Assembly: GCA_963813375.1 (NCBI GenBank)
Contig: CAWEYT010000010.1
Location: 421,108 to 445,107 of the forward strand
Length of the DNA: 24,000 bases
From: an uncultured Acidimicrobiales bacterium
Lineage (GTDB): Bacteria > Actinomycetota > Acidimicrobiia > Acidimicrobiales > Ilumatobacteraceae
Reading direction: 5' to 3'
Each line of letters starts with the position of its first letter. The first letter of the stretch is position 1. The notes below the pieces were generated by a model that saw nothing but the letters and a program-made list of their open reading frames with translations, searched no databases and was not told the origin of the DNA. The translations under genes and the position numbers were made by a program. Of this stretch, positions 8,571 through 16,772 are shown one piece after another.

Positions 8571-11240
8571 TCAGCCGTAGACGACGAGGCCGTTGCCCGA
8601 CGTGGTGATGGCCAGGCGGCCGCCTTCGGCGCGCGAACGCCGATGGGCCGGATGAGCTGGTTGGCCGCCACCGCGTCCGGATCGGGCAGGCGATCCCACT
8701 CGGCGGCATCGCTGGCGCCGGGGTCGTACCGGTAAACCGTGCCGGGCTTGTCGAGCGTGGGATCCGCACCGGCCACGACGACCAGGGTCGACCCGCTGGC
8801 CGCCAGCGGCACGACGCCGTAGGCGGTGGACAGCGGTGTCCATCCCGTGCCCCCGACGACCGGCGCGTCCACGGGGGTGAGGGCGCAGGTCTCGGTCAGG
8901 CAGCGGACCGGATCGTCGATCCGCCCCAGGGTCCGGAGCCCGGAGAGGAACAGCGCGTCGACACCACGGACGTAGGCCATCTCCCGGCTGGCCTCGCCCG
9001 GGAGCCCCGAACGGCCGAGGACGGGAACCCAGGCCAGCGGGCCGGTGCCCGGCGCCCACCGCGCCGCCCACAGCCCCTCCTTCGCGGTCTCGGCGAGGAT
9101 GACCGTCCCGGCGGCATCGATGACCGTGAGGACGGTGGCCGAGGCCGGCGCCACGTCGTCCGGCAGCGCCGGTGTCTCGAACGGCTGGGCCGTCCGCGGC
9201 GGCACGCCCGCGCCCGCGGTGGTCAAGCGCCGCCATTCCACGAGTGCCGGTGTCGCCCTTGAGCGGTCCCAACGGGCGGACCACAAACCGTTGTCAGCGA
9301 TGCCGACCAGCACCGTGTTGTCGATGGCGGCGCCGTCAATGGTGGCCAGAGCCACGGGCTGACGGAACACGGGCAAGCGCAGCTGGGTGGACGGCGCCGT
9401 CCCGGGGGGCACGGCGAGGAGGAGGCCACCGAACGTCGAGGTGGCCTGGCCCACGAGCGCCGTGCCCCCGTCGAGGACGGTGACCGAGAGCCCCTTGGTC
9501 ACGTCGGAGGCGATGGTGGGCGCCTGGTCGAGCTCGTGGCGCACGTCCGGGCGGGTGACGGTGAGATCGGCGCGGAAGAGGAAGCGGTCGGCGTCCGTGG
9601 TGTACGACGTGCCGTCCTGCAGCACGACGTCACCCTGGAAGGTGGAGCCGATGCCGAACACCGCCGGACGCCACGGCGGGGAGGAGCCGCCGCCCGGCTG
9701 CTGCCGGACGTGGTGGATCCAGAGCCCGGCCTTGCCGGCCACCAGGTAGCGCCCGTCCGAGAGGACCCGAACGGACGACACCACGTACTGGTCGTTGCCC
9801 AGCGTGCTGGTTCCGTCGACGAACCACCTGAGACCGTCGTGGCCGTACAGGTCGAGATCGACGGCGGCTTCCTGGGCCAGCGGCTCGAGCACCTCGGGCG
9901 ACGGGAACGGACCGGTGTCCCAGCGCACCCTGGCCCTGGTGACCTCGAAGTCCGTTCGCTCCGTGTCGGTCGCCGCCGCCTTGGGAAGGCTGGCACCGGT
10001 GATCACGGTGTCGACGGCGGCCGATCCCTGCACGAGGTCGACGCTGACCACGTTGCGGAGGCGGTCGTCACCGATGACCCCCACGGACACCAGCGGTGAG
10101 CCGTCGGGGCGGCCGGCCCAGAGTCCGCCGATGCGGGCCGGCATGTTGACCAACCGGTCGTCGACGACGGCCAGGTACAGGTGGTCGTCGGGCGTGATCA
10201 CGAGCTCTTCGACGCTCTGCGACACGGCGGCGAACAGGATGAGCGGGGACGTCGGGAGCGTGTAGGTGCACGGGCCCGCCGTGCAGGCGGGGTTCGACGA
10301 CGAAACGCCACGCGCCGACCGCCGACGGTTGCGGCAGGGTGCCACCGCCGCGACTCCCGGCCAGCCCCATGCGAGAGGTGGCCACGATGAGGTCGCCCCG
10401 GGCGTTCACGGCCACGCTCCGGATCGGTGACCGGCTGGCGGCGGGGAGGCAACCGACCTGCGCCCACGCCGCGCCCTTCGATGAGAGCCCGCGACCACAC
10501 GCAGCCCGTCATGTCGCCGGCGAACATCCTCGGCTGCGCCGCGTACGGACCCCGATCGGCCAGCGCCAGCAGACGGCTGGTCGCCCGGCTGCGGGTGCTG
10601 CTGGCGCCGGGGAGGTTGCCGCCGTCGAACCAGATGCCCTTCCCGCCGTGGTCCACGACCCAGGTCTCCCCCTCGTCGTCGGATCGCAGGATGGCCGCCG
10701 TGGGCTGCTCACGCTTGCCCACCGCGGCGAAGATCGTCGGTCTCCTGCCGCCCGGGCCGGCCATCGGGGCCAGGATGAGATCGGCCACGCCGCGCGACGC
10801 GAAGGGGTCCGCGCCTCCCCGCAGGACGTTGCGGGAGAGCCAGGATCGCCCGCCGTCGTCGGACACGAAGAAGCCCTGGCTGTCTCCGCCGGACACCAAG
10901 CGGCCAGAGGGCAGCTCGACGGTGACCGTCATGAAACCGGCTCCGTGGATCGGGCCGGAGCTGAACCGCCCCTTGTTCGGCGGGTCGGGGGTCGTGTCAG
11001 GCGGGGCGGTCGTGGTCCCGCCCGGCAATGTGGTGTCCGTCGGGATCGTCGTGTCCGGCGGGATCGTCGTATCCGTGGGATCGTCGTCGTAGGCAGTGTG
11101 CTGTCGGGCGGGACCTGGGCCCGGGCCGCGCCGACGCCCAGGCCCGCCACGGCGAGCGCGGCGAACCCGAGCACCGCCGCCGCTGACCGCGTTCGGCCGG
11201 CCGGGTCCTGCGCTCGGTTGCTCGTCCTGACCACCCGCAC
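8571..11240 (-). pseudogene. Large secreted Asp-box (BNR) repeat protein with a Thr/Pro-rich linker. It can be read only by switching frame four times.
   Basis: The first segment, in the frame of ORF 10929..11273, is a signal peptide (RSAAAVLGFAALAVAGLGVGAARAQ). Switch 1 at 11076/77 moves into the frame of ORF 10198..11391, which carries the T/P repeats and the Asp-boxes SDDGGRSW and SDDEGETW. Switch 2 at ~10440-10508 moves into the frame of ORF 10068..10415. Switch 3 at ~10270-10300 moves into the frame of ORF 6710..10345, which continues for ~550 codons. Switch 4 at ~8625-8640 moves into the frame of ORF 8571..9284, ending ..[15 protein letters not shown]. The start is probably the GTG at ~11240, preceded by GGGGGTGGG; 11273 is also possible. 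Confidence 0.55.
11023..11108 (-). repeat. In-gene tandem repeat of 18 bp (hexapeptide [P/T]D[S/T]T[I/L]P), 5 units, one unit carrying a 1-nt deletion
   Basis: Plus-strand units are cggcaatgtggtgtccgt, cgggatcgtcgtgtccgg, cgggatcgtcgtatccgt, gggatcgtcgtcgt and aggcagtgtgctgtcggg. The fourth unit (a 15-nt pentapeptide unit, TTTIP) starts gggat where its neighbours start cgggat. Confidence 0.8.
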
Positions 11241-11402
11241 GAACCCACCCCCGTGGCCCGCCGTCCGCGGCACGCCGAATCCGACCAGTCTGGCTGCCCC
11301 GACCCCGAACGACCCCGCGGCAGCGTACCGACGGGGAGGTTGGGGGGTCGAGACGGCGGTTGCTAGCCTTGCAGGGCCCTACGCATCGCAAAGGACCAAG
11401 CA

Positions 11403-11690
11403 GTGGCCAACATCAAGAGCCAGAAGAAGCGGATCAAGACGAACGCCAAGCGCGCAGAGCGCAACAAGGCGGTCCGCTCCGAGCTCAAGACCCGCGTCAA
11501 GTCCGCCGTGGCCGTGGCCGGCACCGAGGACGGGCTGGCGGCGTCACAGCTGGCCCAGAAGCGGCTGGACAAGGCGGCGTCGAAGGGGATCATCCACAAG
11601 AACCAGGCGGCCCGTCGCAAGAGCCGCATGATGAAGCAGGTCGCCGAGGCCGCCACCAGCCGAGGCTTGAACTGGCCTGAGCTGGCCTGA
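11403..11690 (+). CDS. rpsT: 30S ribosomal protein S20
   Basis: GTG start preceded by [36 protein letters not shown]...[15 protein letters not shown] is canonical S20. The last ~9 codons (RGLNWPELA) lie in the 10-bp repeat. Confidence 0.95.
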   Translation: MANIKSQKKRIKTNAKRAERNKAVRSELKTRVKSAVAVAGTEDGLAASQLAQKRLDKAASKGIIHKNQAARRKSRMMKQVAEAATSRGLNWPELA

Positions 11691-11710
11691 ATTGGCCTGA
11701 CCTGGCCTGG
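11661..11710. repeat. 10-bp tandem repeat nYTGGCCTGA, four good copies plus one degenerate copy
   Basis: The units are cgaGGCtTGA, aCTGGCCTGA, gCTGGCCTGA, aTTGGCCTGA and cCTGGCCTGg. The array spans the rpsT stop (11688-11690) and most of the 32-nt gap to the convergent holA stop (11723). Confidence 0.85.
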
Positions 11711-11722
11711 GGCCGCCGCCCT

Positions 11723-12721
11723 TCAGCGTCGGCCTGCGGAGGCAGGACGCCGGCGGCCGGCGAGCCGGCAGAGCCTGGCCACGAGCACCTCGAGGACCGC
11801 GTCCTCGGGGAGCTCACGCTGACCGCGCAGGTCGAGGTCGGCCCGGGCGAGGAGCTGCACCGCCTCGTGGATGGCCTCTGGCCCCATGGCCCGTGAACGC
11901 TCGAGCGCCTTCTTCGCCGCGAAGCCCTTGACGCCGAGGACGGCCTCCGCGGCCACCTCGTCCCCCGCCCCCGACCCTTCCAGCCGGAGCAGCCGGGTGT
12001 AGTGGGTGTGGAGGATGGCCATGATCTGGAGTGGGTGACGGCCTCCGGCCCGTGACATCCGGTCGAGCGCGTCGAGGGCAGCCACCCGGTCGCCGCGGTC
12101 GATGGCGTCGGTGAGGTCCCACGGTGGCACCCCGCCGCCGTCGCCGAGGTAGGGGGCCAGGTCGTCCATGCCGACCCGACCAGTGGAGGTGCCGTAGGTC
12201 GCCTCGAGCATCTCGAGCAGCCCGGCCAGGCGGTTGAGATCCTCACCGAGATGGTCGGTCAGCAGGCCGAGCGCCGCCTGATCGAGGCGCAAGCCGGCCG
12301 CCGCCACCTGCTCGGCCACGAAGCCGGCCCGGTCGCGACGGTTCGACCCCACGTCGGCCCCGGCGACCGTGCCCCCGGCGGCCTTGACCACATCGAGGAG
12401 CCGCTTGGTCGGCCGACCCTGGTGCACCAGGACGAGGTCGGTCGTGTCCAGCGGCTCCGCCAGGTACCCCTGGAGCTGGGCCAGACCGTCGGCATCCACC
12501 CGCTCGACCCCTCTGGCGACGACAACCCGCTTGTCGGTCAGGAACGGCGGTGTCTGGGCCTCTGCGACCACCCGGCCCACGGTCACCTCTTCGCCGTCGA
12601 CGGTCAGGTCGGCGACGAGCAGCGCGCGATCGCCCGACCCCACGAGCCGTCGGGACAGCTCGACCACCGCCTGGCCGACCAGCGGTTCGTCAGTGCCGTG
12701 CACCAGGTGCAGCTCGCCCAT
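11723..12721 (-). CDS. holA: DNA polymerase III subunit delta
   Basis: 332 aa. Its position next to rpsT and downstream of comEC is the conserved actinobacterial arrangement. The sequence (..TPPFLTDKRVVVARGVE.., ..HPLQIMAILHTHYTRLL..) fits the HolA family. Confidence 0.85.
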   Translation of the reverse strand: MGELHLVHGTDEPLVGQAVVELSRRLVGSGDRALLVADLTVDGEEVTVGRVVAEAQTPPFLTDKRVVVARGVERVDADGLAQLQGYLAEPLDTTDLVLVHQGRPTKRLLDVVKAAGGTVAGADVGSNRRDRAGFVAEQVAAAGLRLDQAALGLLTDHLGEDLNRLAGLLEMLEATYGTSTGRVGMDDLAPYLGDGGGVPPWDLTDAIDRGDRVAALDALDRMSRAGGRHPLQIMAILHTHYTRLLRLEGSGAGDEVAAEAVLGVKGFAAKKALERSRAMGPEAIHEAVQLLARADLDLRGQRELPEDAVLEVLVARLCRLAGRRRPASAGRR

Positions 12722-12730
12722 GTTCGACCC

Positions 12731-13618
12731 TCAGCCGCCGGCTCCGGAAGCGCCCTGGGCGACGCCGGCGCGATCGCCGGCGCCGTCGCGAGCAGCCAGG
12801 ATCGCCGCCATGACGTCGGCCACCCGCCGGCTCCCCTTCACATCGTGCACCCGCAACACCCGGCAGCCCAGGGCGATGCCCTGCGCATGGGCAGCCACCG
12901 AGGCCAGGCGGCGATCGGCCACGTCCAGGCTCAGGATCTCGCCGAGGAACCGCTTGTTGGACGCGGAGAGCAGCACCGGATAGCCGAGCGCGGCCAGGCG
13001 GTCGGACGCCCGCAGCAGTTCGAGCGACATGGGCTCCGTCTTGCCGAGGTCGAGGCCGGCGTCGACGATGATCCGCTGGCGCGGGATGCCCGCCGCCTCG
13101 GCCCTCTCAGCCAGCTCGGCACAGAAGGCCACGACCGCCTGGATCACGCCCTCCGGGTAATCCGGCGCCGGATCGGCCACCCGCGGCGCCAGGCGGATGT
13201 GGGTCGCCACGACCGACGCTCCGTGACGGGCGGCGACGTCGAGGTAGTCGGCATCGGCGAAGCCGCTGATGTCGTTGGCCACGCAGGCGCCCGCTTCGAG
13301 CGCGGCGTCGAGCACGCCCGACCGCCACGTGTCGACGGAGATGGGCACATCGAACCGGCTCCGCAGCGCCTCGACCGCGGGGACCACGCGCTCGAGCTCC
13401 TCCTGCTCGGACACCGGTTCCCCCGGACCCGCCTTCACGCCCCCGACATCGAGCAGGTCCGCGCCGTCGGCCACGAGCGCGTCGGCTTTGGCCAGGAACT
13501 CGTCGAACGCGTAGTACCGACCGGCGTCGTAGAACGAGTCCGGGGTCCGGTTGAGCACCCCCATGATCAGGGCCCGGTAGGTGACGTCGAACTCCTCGTC
13601 ACCCAACGCCAGCAGCAC
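12731..13618 (-). CDS. folP: Dihydropteroate synthase family protein, FolP2-like paralog
   Basis: Pterin-binding fold motifs: ALIMGVLNRTPDSFYD, DVGGVKAGPGE, SVDTWR, DAGLDLGKT, LLSASNKRF, VLRVHDV. The start is uncertain: GTG 13618 lies 10 nt after the comEC stop, and ATG 13564 is the alternative. The ORF-track start at 13702 overlaps comEC and is rejected. Confidence 0.8.
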   Translation of the reverse strand: MLLALGDEEFDVTYRALIMGVLNRTPDSFYDAGRYYAFDEFLAKADALVADGADLLDVGGVKAGPGEPVSEQEELERVVPAVEALRSRFDVPISVDTWRSGVLDAALEAGACVANDISGFADADYLDVAARHGASVVATHIRLAPRVADPAPDYPEGVIQAVVAFCAELAERAEAAGIPRQRIIVDAGLDLGKTEPMSLELLRASDRLAALGYPVLLSASNKRFLGEILSLDVADRRLASVAAHAQGIALGCRVLRVHDVKGSRRVADVMAAILAARDGAGDRAGVAQGASGAGG

Positions 13619-13628
13619 CGGAGCGACC

Positions 13629-15032
13629 CTACTGCCGGTGCCGCGGAGGCCGCCGGAGCACGAGTGCCACCAGGAGGGCGCCGATGACGATGGCGGGCGC
13701 ACCCAGCTCGGGGAGGTCGGCCGCGGCAGCCATCGAGGCCACGGCGGCGAGGTACTTCACGAGCAGCGTGGTCGGGAGCTGCAGCACGCTGGCGATGACG
13801 TCGGGCACGAGGCCGGCCACGACGCCCGCCGGGAGGCCGTACACCATCACCGGGCCTGCGGCCGGGGCAGCCAGGAGGTTGGCGGGGATGGAGGCCAGCG
13901 GGAGCGGGCCGAACACGGCCAGGCTGACCGGGGCCACTCCCAGCTGCGCCCCCACGGTCATCGACAGGGGGACACGCAACCACGACGGCCCCGGCAACCG
14001 GCGCGACAGCGGCGCCGCGACGAGGGCGATGCCCGCCGTGGCGCCGACCGACAGCCACCAGCCGACCGAGCGGACCAGCAGTGGATCGACCATGAGCACG
14101 ATGACCACGGTGAGGCTCAGCGTGCGCCACGGCCGCGTCGGCCGACCGGTGAGGACGGCGGTGGCGGCCAGCGCGGCCATCACGCTCGCCCGCAACACCG
14201 ACGGCTCGAACCTGGTGAGCACCGTGAACCACGCGATCACGCCCACCGTCGCAGCCCAGCGGGCGCGGTGATTCAGGCGGCGCAGCACCGGCGCCACGAC
14301 CGCCAGGGCGAGAGCGACGTTCTGGCCGGACACTGCGCTGAGATGACCCAGGCCGGCCTGGCGGAACGTGTCCACCAGCTCCGGTGGCTGGGCACGGTCG
14401 TCCCCGACCACGAACCCGAGGTACAGGCTCTGGTCGACCGGGTCCATGGTGCGGGCGCCCCGGGCCAGGACCTCGCGGACGCGGTTGGCGGAGCGCGCGA
14501 GCGGCGATCCGTCGCCGACGACGGTGACGCGGGTGACCTCGACCACGCCCACGATGTGGCGGGAGCGGAGCCACGCGGCCTGCCGCGCCGGGGGCGGGCG
14601 CACCCGCCCCTCGACCACGAGCTGGTGGCCGGCGAGGTGGGAGCGCAGCCGCCGCGCGCTCCCGCCGAAGGCCCGCAGCTCCAAGATGCGACCTCGGCTG
14701 ACCCCGGCCGCCACGACGCCCGGGCCGAGCGGCGCAGGGTCCGTCCGTAGGGTGACCGGACCGGCGAAGGGCGCCGCGGGCACGGGTGCGGCCGCGGACC
14801 AGGCTTGCCCGGCGAGAGTCGCCACCAACCCGAAGCACCCGATCACGAGCGCGATCGGGCGCCTGCGCACCCAGCCGTACCCGAGCAGCACCGCACCGCC
14901 GAGGCAGGCGTGGGGCCAGGGCAGCACGGGCCGGAGGAGCGCCGCGACGACCGTGACGAGGGCCAGGACGACCGCCAAGGCATCGCTCCCCGTCAGCCGT
15001 GACGCGCCGCGGCGATGCCGAGGCCGTAGCAT
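13629..15032 (-). CDS. comEC: ComEC/Rec2 family competence membrane protein (DUF4131 plus competence domain; no C-terminal metallo-beta-lactamase domain)
   Basis: From ATG 15030-15032: MLRPRHRRGASRLTGSDALAVVLALV.., polytopic, with ..FRQAGLGHLSAVSGQNVALAL.. typical of ComEC. The upstream 421 codons of the ORF-track call are R/G/P-rich. They overlap comEA and a well-supported plus-strand gene. Confidence 0.8.
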   Translation of the reverse strand: MLRPRHRRGASRLTGSDALAVVLALVTVVAALLRPVLPWPHACLGGAVLLGYGWVRRRPIALVIGCFGLVATLAGQAWSAAAPVPAAPFAGPVTLRTDPAPLGPGVVAAGVSRGRILELRAFGGSARRLRSHLAGHQLVVEGRVRPPPARQAAWLRSRHIVGVVEVTRVTVVGDGSPLARSANRVREVLARGARTMDPVDQSLYLGFVVGDDRAQPPELVDTFRQAGLGHLSAVSGQNVALALAVVAPVLRRLNHRARWAATVGVIAWFTVLTRFEPSVLRASVMAALAATAVLTGRPTRPWRTLSLTVVIVLMVDPLLVRSVGWWLSVGATAGIALVAAPLSRRLPGPSWLRVPLSMTVGAQLGVAPVSLAVFGPLPLASIPANLLAAPAAGPVMVYGLPAGVVAGLVPDVIASVLQLPTTLLVKYLAAVASMAAAADLPELGAPAIVIGALLVALVLRRPPRHRQ

Positions 15033-15038
15033 CGATGC

Positions 15039-15521
15039 GTGGCCCGGCCGAGCGTGATCCTGCCGCCGCGCGCGGGCCAGGACCTCGTCGGAGCCACCTC
15101 GCAGCCCGTACCGCAAGGGCCAGTTGCCTACCGACGGCGCATCCGCCGCTTCGGGCCCTTCGCCGGATTGCTCCTCCCCGTTCTCGTCTTCGTGGCTGCG
15201 CTCGCGGTGTGGCGGGTCTGGCCATGCGACGGCTCGGCCTGCGTCAAGAACGCCGAGGTGGGCTGGGTCCTGGCCAGCCTCGCCGCGCCCACCGCGTTGG
15301 TCGCCGGGTTCCCGATGGAGAACGGGCCGGCCCGCCTCGCGGCGGCCGGCGCCGGGGCGGTCGTGCTGTGGCTGGCCATCGGCAGCTGGGCCGCCCGCCG
15401 CAGCGCTCGCCTGCCAGTGGCTGGGTGGCGGGAGTGGTGGCGCGAGTACCTCTGGCTGCTGGTCCCGGTGTGGTTCGGCACCGTGGCCGCGCTGGCCATC
15501 ATGCGCTACGTGGCCCTCTGA
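15039..15521 (+). CDS. Hypothetical small membrane protein (about 4 predicted TM helices), on the opposite strand between comEC and comEA
   Basis: This frame has an almost uniformly G/C third position. Hydrophobic segments are FGPFAGLLLPVLVFVAALAVWRVW, VGWVLASLAAPTALVAGF, AAAGAGAVVLWLAIGSWAA and LWLLVPVWFGTVAALAIMRYVAL, with RRRIRR before TM1. The start is GTG 15039 or GTG 15054. I do not recognise a family. Confidence 0.6.
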   Translation: MARPSVILPPRAGQDLVGATSQPVPQGPVAYRRRIRRFGPFAGLLLPVLVFVAALAVWRVWPCDGSACVKNAEVGWVLASLAAPTALVAGFPMENGPARLAAAGAGAVVLWLAIGSWAARRSARLPVAGWREWWREYLWLLVPVWFGTVAALAIMRYVAL

Positions 15522-15541
15522 GCCCTGAGCCGCGGGAGCGG

Positions 15542-16213
15542 TCATACGCGCACCAGGCCCCGCAGTGCCTCCAGGCGCGCCGGGCCGATGCCCTGCACCT
15601 CGCCCAGGTCGTCGATCGTCCGGAACGGGCCGTTGCGCTCCCGGTAGGTGAGGATCGCCTGGGCCGTAGCCGGACCTATGCCCGGCAGGGTGTCCAGCTC
15701 CGCCATCGTGGCCACGTTCAGGTCGACGGGTGCCGTCGGGACGGACCCGACGCCCGGACTGTCGGGGGCCGGCGCCGCACCCAGGACACTGGGTGGCAGG
15801 ACCTCGCCCTGGCGCGGCACCTGCACGCGCTGGCCATCGGTCAGCCGTCCCGCCAAGGCCAGCGCCTGCAGGTCCGCGTCCGCGAGCGCGCCGCCGGCGG
15901 CCTCGACCAGGTCGACGACGCGCGCACCGTCCGCGAGGCGATACACGCCGGGCTGCGCGACGGCTCCTGCCACCTGGACCACGACCTCGATCGGAGTGAG
16001 GGAAGGTGGCGAGGCCAGCGGGATGGTGCTGGCCACTGGCAGATCGGTCTCGACCGGTTGAGGTGACGGGCGCACCAGCCACCAGCCGGCCACCACGACG
16101 AGTGCGACGACGCCGACCGCGACGGCGGCGCGGGCAGGGTCGACGAGGCTGCGCAGGCGCGACAGGCGATCGAGCAACGACCGAGGCGGTTCGGGGCGGA
16201 GCAGCTCCGGCAT
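15542..16213 (-). CDS. comEA: ComEA family DNA-binding protein (TM anchor, SLBB domain, helix-hairpin-helix)
   Basis: GGAGGG lies 6 nt before ATG 16213 (an in-frame ATG at 16219 abuts the SD). One TM segment (AAVAVGVVALVVVAGWWLV). SLBB-like VVVQVAGAVAQPGVYRL. C-terminal HhH: VDLNVATMAELDTLPGIGPATAQAILTYRERNGPFRTIDDLGEVQGIGPARLEAL. Confidence 0.85.
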   Translation of the reverse strand: MPELLRPEPPRSLLDRLSRLRSLVDPARAAVAVGVVALVVVAGWWLVRPSPQPVETDLPVASTIPLASPPSLTPIEVVVQVAGAVAQPGVYRLADGARVVDLVEAAGGALADADLQALALAGRLTDGQRVQVPRQGEVLPPSVLGAAPAPDSPGVGSVPTAPVDLNVATMAELDTLPGIGPATAQAILTYRERNGPFRTIDDLGEVQGIGPARLEALRGLVRV

Positions 16214-16305
16214 CGGCATCCCTCCGGGTGTCCGGCGCGGCGCGCCGGTGGTCGACGAGGGACGCGCGGCGCCCGGACAGGCGGGCGCGTGGCATCCGAT
16301 GTGAG

Positions 16306-16348
16306 GGGCGCAGAGCGCCCGGGCGAAATGAGGGAGCGCCGAGCGCCC
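16306..16348 (-). terminator. Two tandem GC hairpins of the same type (GGGCGC-aga-GCGCCC and GG(A)GCGC-cga-GCGCCC) in the 196-nt spacer downstream of the HExxH gene and upstream of comEA
   Basis: Stems are at 16306-16320 and 16332-16348. On the minus strand the first-transcribed hairpin is followed by TCATTT. Function as a terminator is a guess. Confidence 0.3.
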
Positions 16349-16415
16349 GAGGCCCGCCGGGAGGGCAGAGCCCGACGTTACACCGGCGGTGCTACAGGGA
16401 GAGTCAGGCTCCGGA

Positions 16416-16772
16416 TCAGACGGAGGTGCGCTCGGGCGCGGTCGGGTCCCGGACCTCGGTGGCGAGGGCACGACGGGCCACCCAGTCGGCCTCGATCTCG
16501 AACGGGATCCGGAGATAGGCACCGTGGTGGCCCTTGCGCCGCAGCCGCCAGACGGCGTACGCGCCCAGGTAGCGGGCTCCGAACCCGAGCACCCCGTACC
16601 GGCGCCACTGGCGCACGTGCACGAGCTCGTGCCGGAGCAGGTAACGGGACTCGGCGTGGGCTCGTCGCACCGAGATCAGCGGGCCCAGCGTGATGGCCGC
16701 TGCACCCCGTGGCACTGGGCCGCCCACCAGCAACCAGAAGCCTTCACGTCGCTCCAGCCGCATCGCCGTCAT
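16416..16772 (-). CDS. Small HExxH-motif protein (putative zinc metallopeptidase-like, DUF4157-like)
   Basis: 118 aa with strong G/C third-position bias. GAAAITLGPLISVRR...YLLRHELVHVRQWRRYG resembles the DUF4157 pattern (G..A.T.G..I.....LL.HEL.HV.Q) as I recall it. Confidence 0.55.
   Translation of the reverse strand: MTAMRLERREGFWLLVGGPVPRGAAAITLGPLISVRRAHAESRYLLRHELVHVRQWRRYGVLGFGARYLGAYAVWRLRRKGHHGAYLRIPFEIEADWVARRALATEVRDPTAPERTSV

Noticed and set aside
11274-11402. Attempted promoter call for rpsT (TTGCTA / TTGCAG as -35, TACGCA as -10) and a G-rich run GGGGAGGTTGGGGGG
   Set aside because: The hexamer spacings (14 nt, or no -10 at 17 nt) do not fit a sigma-70-type promoter. The G-run has too few tracts for a quadruplex. 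I cannot support a specific site.
12251-15225. Long ORFs 12251..13687 (+), 13581..14750 (+) and 13567..15225 (-), and the many 60-230-aa overlapping ORFs elsewhere in the window
   Set aside because: They are shadow frames of holA, the folP-like gene and comEC. They have low-complexity Arg/Gly/Pro/His composition and no recognisable motifs.
13629-16295. An 888-aa ComEC ORF extending upstream across the comEA region
   Set aside because: The upstream 421 codons are Arg/Gly/Pro-rich. They overlap comEA in a different frame and run antisense to a plus-strand membrane ORF with much better codon bias. The ComEC-like sequence only starts at ATG 15032.
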